Below, in pieces: positions 33,460-47,469 of a stretch of 64,000 nucleotides of DNA. Source of the DNA: Yuukianura sp. NJ FZ-2021 (Eukaryota). Location: contig CM102284.1 in the NCBI GenBank assembly GCA_046563655.1, forward strand, positions 930,001 to 994,000, given 5' to 3'. Under the pieces are notes generated by a model. The model saw nothing but the letters and a program-made list of their open reading frames with translations. It had not been told where the DNA came from and did not search any database. A program made the position numbers and the translations under genes. Each line of letters starts with the position of its first letter. Position 1 is the stretch's first letter.

Positions 33460-34030
33460 GTTCCTGCCTTCTGTCGTTCCAGTACACTGTATCTAAAATG
33501 ACACAAAATCATTACTTTTTGTTTTAATTCAGTTTCCATTTCCAACTTTTAATTAATGATAATCACATACGTTTTAAATGGACCGGCACCGGCAGTAATA
33601 ACAATCAGTCAGCTGATCGAACGCGAACGTTGAAAGTAGATTAGGAAACAACTAAAGGCCTACCTGACCCCTAACAGCAGTGCCTTTTTCGTTTGATCGA
33701 TTACACGATTACTAATTAATTGACAAATGATTTTTGCGATTTATTTTTAACTGTTTAAATCTTTGTCTACGCTTTTCCCGCCTAGCCCATACAAATATCC
33801 AAGATTTTCACACCTCTGCTCGTTTTACCGCTCCCTTAACTAATGAAGTCGTGGGGCGGGTGTACTTGATTGTTAGTTTTATTATTCTTTTTACTTAAAT
33901 TTTATACATTAAAATATAACCCAAATAATTAAATAATTCGTTCTTAATATGCGCTTATTCTAACTATATTTTATAAACAAATACTTTTACTAAACGTTCA
34001 AAATCCGAAAATCCAACATTTATTTAGCAA

Positions 34031-34552
34031 TCAGTGTTTTACTTCCACTGGGTAGCCATAGGCTGTTCCCGGGTAAGCAGGTTGTGCATAAGATCCGTGA
34101 TGTCCGTCTCCATGGAGACCATGACCATTTGGAACGCCGTAACTAGCGTATCCGTGCCCACCATGAGCAGAAGGAACACCGTAACTTGTGTATCCATGTC
34201 CACCGTGGTGAGAATGTCCATGACCATGAGCAGAGTATCCATGGTGCTTACTGTAGTACAATGGTTTCTGGTAGTAGTACACAAAACGTCCTTTTCTAAT
34301 GGGTTTGTACAGCACAACGGCTAAATCTCCCGCCAAACCACGCCAAATTCCGTCTCTGAACGCCTGAGCATAAAGAAGTTTCGTCCGCGGTAAAATTGCA
34401 GTGGTATTTTTAACTTCAAAAGTGGTCATGATGAAGGCAAGACAGCACACCTAAATAAACCAAAAATTTCAAACAGTTGAATTTTTTCAAAAGTTTTCAA
34501 GTAGTTTTGAGAATAATTAAACAGCACCACGCACCAGAACTAGCCGAGCCAT
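34031..34552 (-). CDS. Small secreted His/Gly/Tyr-rich protein (cuticular-protein-like), 2 exons
   Basis: Mini-exon MARLVL (ATG at 34552), then exon from 34450 completing a hydrophobic signal peptide; HGGHGYxSYGVP repeated twice. Confidence 0.7.
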
Positions 34553-35286
34553 TTTTGTGCAACTGTGGTTGATCAAGAGTTTTTTTTAAGCTAAAAGACG
34601 CGATACGAAATCTTTGCCAGTTAAAAAATTTTGCAAATTCCGAACAGTGAATATTAAAAGTTTACAAATTTTGCAGTTGCGAATAATTTGCAACTCCGGA
34701 CGACGGTTGAACGTTGATTGACACCGTTGACTGACATGTACATTACCTTTATTGCAGTCTCCCTTTGATGTTTACGTGATTCCGACATGCCAACTTTTTG
34801 CATCTCAATTTGTGTCTCCCACTAATTTCGTTTGGGGTGAAATTTCGACACTCTTGCGCAGAGATCAGTACCATCCTGCACCCAACCGCCAAAAACCAAA
34901 AAATTGTGCAATTTCAACAAACTCTTGTCACAATTCGCTCTACACATGGAGGGCAAGGTCACAAGAACCACCGGAAGTTCGCAAAAGTAGCCAGCCGTAA
35001 CCTCTGACCTTCAAAGGCCATTCCTCTTTTTGGCGCTAAACTTCTTGTTGAAATTTTAGTTCATCAAACTTTCAAATTTTCATTTTCATTCATGTAAAAT
35101 TTCACAATTTCAGAATCAAAATATTTTCGGTGGGCGTTGGTTTATTTTTAAAAAATTCCGTTAAAATCGAGAACTTACTTGAGCTTACTGTTTAACTAAC
35201 GTTTAATTTATGTTGGTGTTTAATTATATTAACTATATATATAAATTATATTTCTAATTAACAATTTTTTATATGTTATTCAAACA

Positions 35287-37338
35287 CTAACGTTTGATAA
35301 CGTCAGGTATTGCTAGCAGCGGTTTTACCTCATCGTGTTCGTAACTGTGTTTTTTCAGCTTCGAAATGGAGCAATCTCTGACAAAAGTAAAAGTCAACAA
35401 AAAAATGCCCTAAAAACAAAAGGCAAAATTGCATTATTGAAACATTTTTCTGGGTAAAGTTTTTTTGAAACTTACAAAAGTTAAAAAAGTTCCACCCAAG
35501 ACTAACATGGCATCTGAAAATCCAAAAAGTTGCAAAAGGGATCCCGATGCACTAGCGCCTACGAAGTTCCCAACAGAAGCCGCAATGAGGTAAATAATAG
35601 TGACCATACTTTGCTTCATTTCAGGATCCTTGGGGTCATTGACCTCATGACCTTGACCTTGGGCCTTGACCTTTGTACTTTCAAGGTCATTGACCTCGTG
35701 ACTTTCATTGACCTTTTGACTTTGGGTGTCAATATATAGGTGACCAAACTGATGGCTGATGCTGCTAGTACGACGTCTCATTCTTTTTCTTTTCGTTTTG
35801 TTTTCTAGAGCCAAAAATTCCAATTGAAAACAGCAAATGCATGCGATGTCCAGAATCCCCTGTCCTGTGCCGTATATCACCAAACCAATGGCGGCAAGCG
35901 TCGAAGTTCTAAAAACGAAAAATTTGAAAACTTGGAAACAAAATTTCAAAATTTTGAAAAATTTACGCTGTAATGAACGGCATAGGACTGAAGATTCCTA
36001 TTCCAAGGGCAGCTATAAGGTATCCGGAGGCGTAAAAAGCATGTGGAATTGCCACGTTGTCCAAAACGAATCCCCAAAATGGCGCCAAAACTTGACAAAA
36101 TCCTTTAGCTAGGAACATTATGCCAACTTGGTTCTCGGACAAGTTGAACTGACATCAAAATAAAAGAAAAAGTGGTTTTTTTTTTGAGATTTTCAAAATT
36201 TTGAAATTTTTGAACTTACTACTCGTAGTCCAGGTTCCAAAATTGTACCGACATAGTTAAACCCCATTTGAGTCAAAAACATTCCAAGAACGAAGACGAC
36301 CATGGTTTTGTTTTTGAGCAGACGCCAATAAGCCTTCGCAGTTTGGGATGGCGTGAGACGCGGAGACTTCGCGACGTGAATTTTTGGCAAAAACAAAACC
36401 AAAATGGCGCCAAGCAGAATTTGTACAATACCGACGATAACAAAAGCAAAAGTGAAGCCAAAAATACTGGCCAGAAAAGTTCCAATCATTGGTCCAATGC
36501 ATGTGCCGAGTAAGAATCCACTTTCGGATATACCCTACAATTCAACATCGCATTTTCAAAAATGCTAATTTTTTTTAAATTTTCGAAATTTTGAAAAATT
36601 TGATACTCACAACTGCTGTGGAAGGACGTTCCGGAAATCCACTGAAGAAGAGAGAGTACTTAGAACTGACAATAGCAACATTAAGGGCCCCCATCAACAC
36701 ACGAATTAAAACGGTGAGAACACAGTATGTGATAACATTTGTACTAAAATCTGTCAAACTTTTTCAAATTTGAAAAAAAATCAACCAGTTCAAAATTTTC
36801 TGAAAATATTTTACAAAATTAAAATTTTTACCCCATGGCTATTGGAACGACACCGTTAAGTAATGTAGACCAAACGAAAATTCTTTGGAGTCCCACGCTG
36901 TCAATCTGATGCGAGAGTAACAAAACATGTAAAAATCCAAATCATAAAATTTCGAATTCCAAATTTTTAATTCTGAAAAGCCTGTTTGAATTTTGATTTT
37001 GAAAAAGAGAAACTTACATAGTGTCCCGCAACTGGTGAAAAGAACATGCCAACCATCGATTGAACTCCATTGATTAAACCGTACTGATACGGCGTGAGGC
37101 CTTTTGATTCAGCCTGTACAAATTAGTAAACAAACCTAAAATGTGTTTTATGTAATAAAATATATTAATATTGTATAATTTATTTTATTGTTATTTTAAT
37201 ATATAAATATTTACTAACCTCACGGGGAAACAGTGGGCCAAGAATTCCAATAATTACACTTTGTAAAAACGATGATGTAAAAAACAAAGAGAGAACGATG
37301 TAGTGTGTTGGCGTCAATGACTTTAGTGCAGGTACCAT
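35287..37338 (-). CDS. MFS transporter, SLC18B1-like, paralog A (multi-exon)
   Basis: GPLFPRE/AESKGLTPYQYGLING..MFFSPVAG, LIRVLMG, GPMIG, ILEP; multiple hydrophobic helices; C-terminal EVKPLL dileucine-like motif. Confidence 0.82.
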
Positions 37339-37774
37339 TTGTTTTAAAATTTAACATAAAGTTGAAAAACACAAGCAGTTAAAAAATCTGTTAACCTAGT
37401 CTTTTTTGAAACAAAATTTGAAATTGTTTTGGTTTTCGATTCTTCTTGTGACCTTTTCCCTTCAATAAACCAGAAAACTCCGCTTTTTCTTTTGTCTTCA
37501 TCCCACACAATTTCTACTGTCTTTGGAAATCTGTAATCTAATCTGTTCTTTCCAAAATTTGAGTTTGTTTTGTTTTTTTCAAAAATGTGTTTTTGAAAAA
37601 GTGTTGTTGTATTTCCAGAAACTTGTTTTCGAGTTTTCCAAGATGCGCTGATGTGTGTGGCAAATGGTTGAATAAGACTGCGGAATAAATTGTCGTTAAA
37701 CAATTTGGCTCAATTCTTTTCTTAATCATAAAGATTTCTGGTTTTTTTTTGGTATTTGGTAAGTATGGAAAGCT

Positions 37775-37875
37775 GCTTATTAGGATCGTCCTTTTGTCTG
37801 TCTGTCTGTCCGCGTGTCCGCCTGCCCGTGTCTGTCCGTGTGTCTGTCCGCCCGCTTGTCTGTAACGCTTTTTAA
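37775..37875. repeat. (GTCT/GTCC)n microsatellite, probable HINE/DINE-1-like remnant
   Basis: ttgtctgtctgtctgtccgcgtgtccgcctgcccgtgtctgtccg... Confidence 0.55.
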
Positions 37876-38344
37876 ACTGTCGTGAGAACGTTAAGATGCC
37901 AAAGTTAGTTCAGAAGGGTAGGAAGGTATTTGTCTGACAATACTTTGTGAATCATTGCAAACAGTTTACTCAGTTGGAGAAAGTGGTTTAAAAAACACAT
38001 TTGCATTTACCTTTAATTAAAAAAGAAATTTTATGAGTGTTGACACAAGGAATGGCCTGTGCAATTTAGCATATCTGACTCACGATAAAAATCGCAAAAC
38101 TGGAAAAACAACACAAACAAAAGTATTTAGCTCATGTACACTACCTTACTCAGTCACTGGTTTGCATTCTTTGTGCAAATTTTCAAAAACAAGAAGTTTC
38201 TATTATACAACACCTTTATTTAAAACGGAGGTTAGGTGGTAAAAAGGGGGCCATGATTAATTAATTATTGTTTTAGTTATTTAAAATTTTGCGTTATTTA
38301 CAAAGAACTCTAGAATGTTAACATACAAATTATATACAAATGAT

Positions 38345-40330
38345 AGTTTCAAATTAAAGAGGACTCCGAAGCCTAAGTAGATATCAATGTCTAAAGGTGC
38401 TTCTGTGCAGAAGCATTCTTTTGAAGCACCGAACTGGCAACTCTGGTAGTCATACTCACAAGCCCCTGGATTTTGAAGCTATTATCTAAAATTGAAAAAA
38501 AATTATACGTTAAATTAAATTTATTAATTAAACGTTAAATACGTTATTACGTTACATTAAATTTTTACCAAATGCACCTAGTACAAATCATGTTTCTGTG
38601 TCTCTCTTTTTTTTTTAAATATATTTCAGATTTCATGCATTAATCGCATGCTATAAATATTTCGTAAGCCTCAGTGCCAGGGACTGCATTACCTTTGGTA
38701 ACAGAAATCCAAATCCAAGCTTGGAAAGCGATTGCATTCGTATATCCACGTGTTCGTATTCTATTAAAGAGATCTGATTTAGGTATTAGAATTGGATTAG
38801 GTTTCATGGTGTATACCGCTCGCGTTATCTGGCGTTAAAAAAACAAGATAAAAAAAATGAAAAATTGTTCGAAAGTTTAAATTTTTGGCACAATCATAGC
38901 AAAAATTGTAAGAGTCTTCCAAAATCCGCAAGTCTACCTACGCTACTGCCTCAAATCCATCATTTTGTGACTTGTGGTGTCAAAACTTAAAAAGTTTTGT
39001 TTCAATTGGTTTCATGGGAATTATAGGATTCTGCGCGTAAAATACAATAGAACTGTTGTACTGTAGATAATGTTTTATGTATTACTAAATACCCCACGGA
39101 TGAAGTTCCATCGTCAGCTCAACAAATTCGCCATTTTTCAGTAATTGAAATTTTAGTCCACACATCCGACCTTGCGGTTTGGCTCTCTTATGTGTTCGAA
39201 ACAAAAATATTCCCAAGCTTTGAGTTTCAGATCCCAACACAAAAGATAAGGTCTTCACAGTATCTGTTTGGAAAATGGGAGTTAGTGTTTAGTGTTTATA
39301 CTTACGACAGTAACGACTTTCGGTAGTTGGAAGTCAGATTATTATTTATATATATAATATTACATGTATTAATTTTACTTGAGTTAATTAATTTACCTAT
39401 TTGCACTGTATCCTGGCACCATTCCACTGGAGTGGTTTGTGGATCTAATACCAATTCGAATTTGACTTTATTGGTAGAATAGTTTCGCAGAATATTCCAT
39501 GATACGTAGATTGGAAACGTTACACCAGTGAAGGGTTGAATTTGCCCCATGGTAGTAACCTTTGCCCTCCATGCCTCATGACTCCGTGCAGCTAATTCGT
39601 AGTCGACCATCCTTGCGGAACTAACTTCAAAAGAGGTAGCTTTAGTAAATGACTTACTTACAAGGGAAACATTTTGACCGTCTCTCGAAATTTAGAATTT
39701 ACAGTCATATTCTATATATCAAAAGAAAACTTTCTGCCGTAGTTTCGGTTGCCAACGCCAAAAAAATATACCCCGACATGGGCTCGAACATGTATCGCCA
39801 CTACAAAATAACACGATATTTTTTATGCCAAATTGCTCAACATAAAAGAAAGTCGGTTAGGATGTTATATCACATAATGTGTACGTTTTCTGTTGAGAAA
39901 TTCGACATAAAATATTGTTGCGATATTTTGTAGTGGGGGCACGTGTTCGAGCCCAGGTCGCGGCATCTTTGTTGGATATGGCAACCGCAAATATTGCAAG
40001 AAATTTTCTTTTGACATATACAATTCGCCTGTAATTTTTAAACTCAAAGTTTCGAGATACGGTCAAAAGGTTTCCCTCGTAAGGATATTCCATACTTATT
40101 TTATATTATTGTTTATTATATTATTAATTATATTATTATTCCAACCTGGTAGAGCGTAGAATACGGAACAAGTCACAACAGTTCTAACACCACTCCACAA
40201 CTGACGAAAATTATAAATAATCCATGCCGGGACAAGCAAGGGGTCCAATTGTGTACAAATAGCTTTACAGTTATTGTCTTTCCATAATTCTAATACCCTC
40301 GAAGGATTAACGTTCAATAGGTGAAAGGTG
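38345..40330 (-). pseudogene. Unidentified multi-exon gene, probably disabled
   Basis: Exon-like higher-GC blocks with splice-like borders (about 40317-40146, 40093-39397, 39265-39090, 38830-38630, 38487-38350). One is split by a MITE; the last is Cys-rich (CEYDYQSCQFGASKECFC). Family not recognised. Confidence 0.4.
39661..40079. mobile_element. 419-bp mariner-like palindromic MITE
   Basis: TA|caagggaaacattttgaccgtctctcgaaa ... tttcgagatacggtcaaaaggtttccctcg|TA, with inverted similarity extending far inward. Confidence 0.85.
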
Positions 40331-41358
40331 ATTCGATTTCACCAACAATAAGTTCCAAACATTTTGATTTTGAATGTCTATTTGAAAAAAGGACATAGTG
40401 TTTTGCAAGGTTCCTTAACAGCCGAACTATATTTCCTGCCACAGGTTGTCTAATAAAACTCGGAGTTTTCAAAAATCTTGCTTCAAACAACTCCCCCCCC
40501 CCCAATTTTGTTTATGCTGTTTTCAAACTACTAACTCACCAATTGTCATAGAACTGGAGGTGAAGTTTAACTGTTTTACACTTTTCAAATTTTTTACACA
40601 AACTTGAAAAGAAAAACTCGAGTTATTGGACAACCTGATGTTAAAAACACTTTTTTTTTGTTTAAGAACCTTGGCGCGTTGGATTTTAGAACAAATATCT
40701 AGTCAACAGACACAACTTTTAACCAAATCCAAAATTCCTCGAATATGAGCATTAGTTTTAACTAGTTGTGATTTGTACCAAAAATGGTCTACTATACGGA
40801 AAAGTCTTAAGCTTTATAGTGGGTGCAAGAATTTCATTTTAACGAAATAATTAAATAAATTATATGATATGATTAATCCTATGACGCATTAGTGCAAATG
40901 ATCTTTTTGTTCTCCCTTCGGAACCAAACTGCTTCAATTTTGCTCAAAAACTCCGAAAGTTTAGAAACTGTTATGCTAATTTTGTTATTGTTCAAACTAA
41001 AGTTCGAAACGTGTCGTGTCGGAAGCTACTTAATGGGCTCACTCTGTCTATCTGCCTGTCTGTAGAAAACAAGCATAACCCTCTCTTTTTTTGTAACTGA
41101 CGTCATTCAAGTCGTTCTTGCGTCAATTCTATAGATTCTGCGCACAGATTTTCAGAAGCAAGTTAGAATTTTTGAAAAAAAATTGGGTTTAATGTTCAAC
41201 TTCTGTTAACCTTAAACTTAAATTGGATGGTTGCAATACTTAATTATCACGGAATTAGTAGTTTTATTGAGTGAGTCGGTGTTAGTGAATTTAAATAGAT
41301 TATTCACAAGTCTGAAATATTCAATTAAATAATATATTATCTATATAAATATTTTATT

Positions 41359-43447
41359 TTATTCATGTGTTAATTTATCAACGTTCGGGATTAGCAACGG
41401 TGTTACCTCATCAGCGTCAGAACTGTGTGTCTTGAAGCTTGAAAATTCAGACAAAGCCCTCAGACAGATAAAAATCAGCAAGAAGATTCCCTAAAAACAA
41501 CACCAAAATTCGAAAAACTACACCGCTTTTTTGAAAACGTTCTTCAAACCAAGTTTTTTTGAAACTTACAAAAATGAAAAAAATTCCTCCCAAAAATAAC
41601 ATGGCGTCTGAAAATCCAAAAAGTTGCAAGAGTAATCCCGATACGCCTGCACCAGCGAAGTTACCCAGCGAAGACGCAATGAGGTAGACAATAGTGACCA
41701 TACTTTGCTTCATCTCTGGATCCTTGGGGTCATTGACCTCGTGACCTTGACATTGGTCTTTGACCTTTGTACTTTCAAGGTCACTGACCTCACGACCTCG
41801 ACCTTGCTGCTTGACCTTTGTACTTTTAAGGTCATTGACCTTGTCACCTTGATCGACCATTTCACTTTCTGTGTCAATGTAGAGGTGACCAAACTGGTGG
41901 CTGATGCTGCCAGTACGATGTCTCATTCTTTTTCTTTTCGTTTTGTTTTCAGACGCCAAAAACTCCAATTGAAAACAGCAAATGCAGGCAATGTCCAGAA
42001 TCCCCTGCCCTGTGCCGTATATCAGCAGACCAATGGCAGCAAACGTCGAAGTTCTAAAAACGAAAAATTTGAAAATTTGAAAACAAAAGTTCAAAATTTT
42101 GAAAAATTTACGCTGTAATGAACGGCAGAGGGCTGAAGATTCCTATTCCAAGGGCAGCTATTAGGTATCCGGAGGCGTAAAAAGCGTGTGGAATTGCCAC
42201 GTTGTCTAAAACGAATCCCCAAAATGGCGCCAAAATTTGACAAAATCCTTTAGCCAGGAACATCAGGCCAACTTGGTTCTCGGTTAAGTTGAACTAACAA
42301 ACATAAAATTTTGACTTTTTTGAATTTTCAAGTTTTCGAAATTTTGAAACATACAATTCTTAGTCCAGGTTCCAAAATGGTGTTGGCATAGCTGAAGCCC
42401 ATCTCTGCTAAGACCATTCCCAGCATGAAGACGACCATTGATTTGTGTTTAAGCAGAGTCCAGTATGCATTTACGGTTTGGGAGGCCGTGAGACGCGGAG
42501 ATTTCGCGACGTCAATTTTTGGCAAAAACAGAATCAAAATGGCGCCTAAAGTAATTTGCGCGACGCCGATAATCACAAAAGCTGCGGTGAATCCGAAGGG
42601 AGTGGCCAGTGCTGTTCCAATCATCGGTCCAATACTTGTTCCTAATAAGAAACCACTTTCGGATATACCCTATGTTCAAATAACACGTTTTCAAAAAATG
42701 TCAAAATTTTGAAAAACTTTCCAAAAGAGGTTGAAATTTTAAAATTACTACTGCCGTGGATGGTCGACCAGGAAATCCACTGAAACAGAGAGAGTACTTA
42801 GAACTGACAATTCCAACGTTAAGGGCCCCCATCATCAAACGTATGAAAACGGTAAGGGCAACGTACACAGCAAAATTTGTAGTGAAATCTATCAACCTTT
42901 TGAAAAAAAAGCATTTCAGAAAACTTGTTTCTTCAAAATCTTCATAAATTTTTTCAAATTTTGAAATTGTTACCCAATGGTAATTGGAACAATTCCATTA
43001 AACAACGTACACCAAACAAAAACTTTTTGCAGTCCAATGGCGTCAAGCTGTAACAGAACAAATTTGAAATTTATGAAAAAATTTATTAAAATTTTAAAAA
43101 TGAATTTTTTTTCAAGTTTTTTTCAAAACTGAAACTTACATAATGTCCGACAACAGGCGAAAAGAACATGCCAACTAGTGAAGAAACTCCATTGACAAGA
43201 CCATACTGATAGGGCGTCAGTCCTTTTGATTCAGCCTAGGCACAAGTTTTGATATATTATAAAATATGTTTTAATTTATATATAAAATATTATAATATAT
43301 TATTTGGTTCATATAATTACTCACCTCGGGAGGAAAAAGAGGTCCAAGGAATGCAATAATCACACTTTGCACAAAAGCCGAAATAAAAAACAACACCAAC
43401 ACGGCATAGTCTGTCCATATCAGCGGTTTTGGCTGTTGGGATGTCAT
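41359..43447 (-). CDS. MFS transporter, SLC18B1-like, paralog B (multi-exon)
   Basis: Same exon structure as paralog A. ATG at 43447 (MTSQQPKPL), GPLFPPE/AESKGLTPYQYGLVNG, C-terminal EVTPLL. Confidence 0.82.
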
Positions 43448-44878
43448 TTGTGCTAAAAATTTAAAACAAACTGAAACTAGTTTTCAAAATTTGAATTTTT
43501 TTTTTGAACAGGAAAAGAAGAAAAGTGAAGACCTCCAAACTCTTTACCTTTGTGATGTTTTTTAGCGTGAGGTAGATTGCTACCCACCTTGCTTTTGAAA
43601 CTTATCTGTTTCAGAAATTCCCAGAAACAAAAAAAAAATTCAACAAAAAGCTTTTTCTTAAAAGTTGTTTGAAAACTTGTCAGGCACAGAAAGTCGATAA
43701 ATTTTCCAAATCCTACCTCACCTTGACTTCTTATTCATGCCATCTCAGTCAGTGACTGACTCAATACTAGAAAAAATCAAGTTCTTTTTCAACTGCCACA
43801 TATCACCTTCTCGTCTCTTTTAAACCAAAAACAAAACACATTATGTAGAAGGTAGAAGCACTATTTTGTTTTTCGAATTTTAACTTTTCGAAAGGTTTGA
43901 CTTTATTTTTTTACTAATGTTGAAGAGAGGAATTTGAAACTGATTTTAACTGACATTGATTCACAATTAACGGTTTGTTAACTTTTTTTTTGTTAAGTTT
44001 TGGTTATTGTACCGCTATTAAAAATTTTACGCGCGACTTTGCAGTTTAACAGTTACACAAAATGTTCGTTTATCATAGTTTTAGTTAACACTTTCTCAAA
44101 ATGCGGTCACAAATTAGCAGCTTCCTGCATTAGCAAAAACCTCAATTAACCTCATCGGAATCACTGTAAGATTAATTAATTAAGTTAGTCAATTACCTAC
44201 AAAGTATCTAAATGTATGAAAACAAATTCTAAAAGTCAAATTTTCCGCCGTTCAATAAAAATTTGGCTAACCTAACATTATACCATGTTAGTCATACTCA
44301 TCGGTGTTACAATGACTATAGGAAATCGTAGGGTTAATTAACACTAATAATCCAAAAGTAGGCCAATTAAAAGAAAAAGCTGAATTTTGGAAACTCTTTT
44401 AAACTCTTTGCAATATGTTTGGCCGATTGAAAACTTGAAACTTAAATTCTTTGCTTTTTAAGTGTTCGTAGAACTCGCAAGAATGCAATGCATCCCACCA
44501 CACTTTAAAATTTGTACTGCGTAAGCTCCTAGGTGTAGTTGCAACGCTTATGTTCAAAATCCGGTTTCCGTAAAGACAAAAACAAGTTAAAGTTCAAGAC
44601 TATGTTGGTTCCCGGTTTTCTGTTTTTGTTGCATTACTGTTACGAGAAAGAAAACCAAAAACTAGTTAGGCAGGTTTGAGCTAAATTTTTTATGACGAAG
44701 ACATTTTCGCGTTTCATAAAAATAAATTTACACACTAGCGTTCTTTTCTTTTAATTTTTTTTAAATAACACTCGATCAGGACTTCTTTGAGTTAGGCAAA
44801 AAAATTCTTTTTTTTTTGCCTAAGATTCGGTTTGAGAAATGCAGATAAAATTGTTTTTAAACATTAAAAAAGTTGTTT

Positions 44879-47469
44879 TCAAACAAAGTTGGTCTGAATT
44901 TGATCTTGAAGGATGAGGTGAGATGCAAGTTCTGCTATCATAAAAATCGGCGTCTCCGTGTTGCAATTCACAATTTTTGGCATCACAGAACCATCCACAA
45001 CACGCAGTCCTTGGATTCCAATTACTCTACAAAATTTAATTAAACTAGTTAATACAAAATAGTTGAAATAAAGTGATAATATATTCACTTTTTGTATAAA
45101 TTTGGTTTGTACGAACCTCAAATTTGAGTCGACAACACTTCTCGGGTCATCAACATGTCCTGTAAACAAGCGTTTAAGAAAATATATTTTCAAAAATTTT
45201 CACAAATCTTTCACTTTAAAAATTTTTTTTTAAACAAAATTTTGAACCCATTCGACATGTTCCAACGGAGTGCCAACCGCCTGCAGTGTAAAACCGAATG
45301 TAACACTCCCAGAAAGCGTCGCTCCGAAATTCAAAATTTTTGCACATTTTAGGTACCGTAAGAACCAACTGCGTGCCTAAGTTTTTGTACGTTGCTGAGT
45401 TTTCGTAAATTTCAATGATGTACTTAACACCTAAACATAACATTTTCAATTCAAAAATAAAATTTCAACAAAAATTTAAGTCCAACTTTTAATATTTGTT
45501 GTTCGCAAAAGCTTAAAATTTCAAGTGAAAATTTTGTTTCTTGAAACCCTGCTTACCTTCAATGAATCTGGGCATGTCCCGCTCATCGCTGAAAAATTTG
45601 TGATCGATCAACGGCTTATCTATATATGTTACGGTGAAAGTTTAAGTATAATATTTTCTTATAATAATACAATAATTTGTATTACATAAAATATATACAC
45701 TATTATATGAAATACCTTCCGGGTTAGCACTTATCAGCTTTACTTCACCATCGACACTGTGCGGAGTTCCTAGCAAAACAAAAACGGAGTTTGAATCTGG
45801 CTGTTGCGTCGTTTCGGCCAACGAATCAACCAACGGCATTTGTGGAGCTACAATGGGATTTCCATTGAAATAAGTGCTAATCACGATGTACTCGATATCT
45901 GGAATTCCTGAATTTGGATTCTGAGAGGTTGAGTAGTAACCAACAGCAAAGGAGGCAATTGGGACACTTAAGGGCCCTAAAAACAAAACGAACTCGTTTT
46001 TTCAAACATTTAAAATTCAAAATTTTAAAAGAAAAGTTGCTGATGCCTACCAGTTCCATTTACAGCGTAGTCCTGGAATGCAGACGGTGTAAGGTCACGT
46101 GCAGGGTCGTGCGCAACATTTTTGACGCTAAATTCAAACCGATCAATTCCAATTGACAAATGTTCTTGCAAATTTTTTCCAACCGGTAAATTCTTCACAA
46201 CAGGAATCTAAATTTTTTCCAACCGAATTTGATCAGAGTATGAAAAGTTTTTTCTTATGCGTGCTATTCACAAATGCGCGTTATACAACGACAAATAAAG
46301 CAGTGTGGTTTAGAAAATATTGACTTACATTTAGTTCTTCCAGATGCTCTCGGGGCCCAATGCCAGACAACATGAGTATTTTGGGAGAGTCGATTGCACC
46401 TGCGCAGAGGATGATTTCTGTGTGCGCAGTGACGGTGCGTGTGACCCCGTGTCGAATGTAGGTCACACTTCTTGCACGCATGTCTGCGTCCACATTGACC
46501 TTCATGACCCGAGCGTATCTGTACACTTTGAGATTTGGTCTGCCCAGCACAGGGCGAAGGAAGGCTTGGTAGGGACCCCATCTTCTCCCGCCATTAATGT
46601 TGAATTCAACTAAATCGAAGGCGGGAGAATTGTGAACTCCGGTATTCAAATCTCCAATGTTGCAACCCATCTCTTCACAGGCTGCAAAAAAGTACTCTGC
46701 TGAAGGAACGAATGTTGGCGAAGTCACCAAAAGTTCTCCATTGCTGTTGTGATAACGCCTAAAAAATCAGAAGCATTAGGCACAATTTTTCAAAAATCGG
46801 GGTCAAAGTCCTGGAAACCAAAGAATTTCAAAAAATACGTGTCTATCGGTTGATGTCTTGCAAGATACGCTTCAAATTTTTTGAAAAAGTGTAAAACGCT
46901 GTCCCATCTCCAAATGCTGTCGCCAGTTAGCTCCGCCCATTCGTCGTAGCAACTGGCTGCTCCACGCTGGTACGTCATCAGATTTATGTTCCCACTTCCA
47001 CCAAGTCCCTTTCCGCGAAAAACATGATACATCTGAAATGTTCTAAATTTTGAAAATCAAGACTCACAACTTTTAATTTTTTTGAATTTTTGAAAATAAG
47101 TACATTATTAGTGGAATGGAAACTGTTGTCTTGTGGGACTGTGTAATACTCGAAATCCGTGTCCGGAGTCGTTACGATATGAGCATACATGGGCACATCT
47201 TGGATTGGATCAGGATCTCCTCCAATGTCCAATAGGAGAACAGAGATTCCAAGGTCACTTGACAGGCGATTGGTCACTACTGACCCTGCTGACCCCCCAC
47301 CAACCACGATGTAGTCAAAAGTCTCATCTTCCACAACGGGACTCACATACTGATCGTATTGAAATTCGTTTCGGTCGATACTTTCCTTCGTTTTTGCATT
47401 TTGATTTAGAAAAAGCGGAATCGAACTTAACACACTCGTAAAAAACATGACGTTACTCAAAACAGACAT
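44879..47469 (-). CDS. GMC oxidoreductase (glucose dehydrogenase-like), copy 1
   Basis: FDYIVVGGGSAG Rossmann motif, RGKGLGGSGNIN, EIILCAGAIDSPKILMLSGIGP, WHSVGTCRMG (catalytic His), GLRVVDGSVMPKIVNCNT. Confidence 0.92.
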
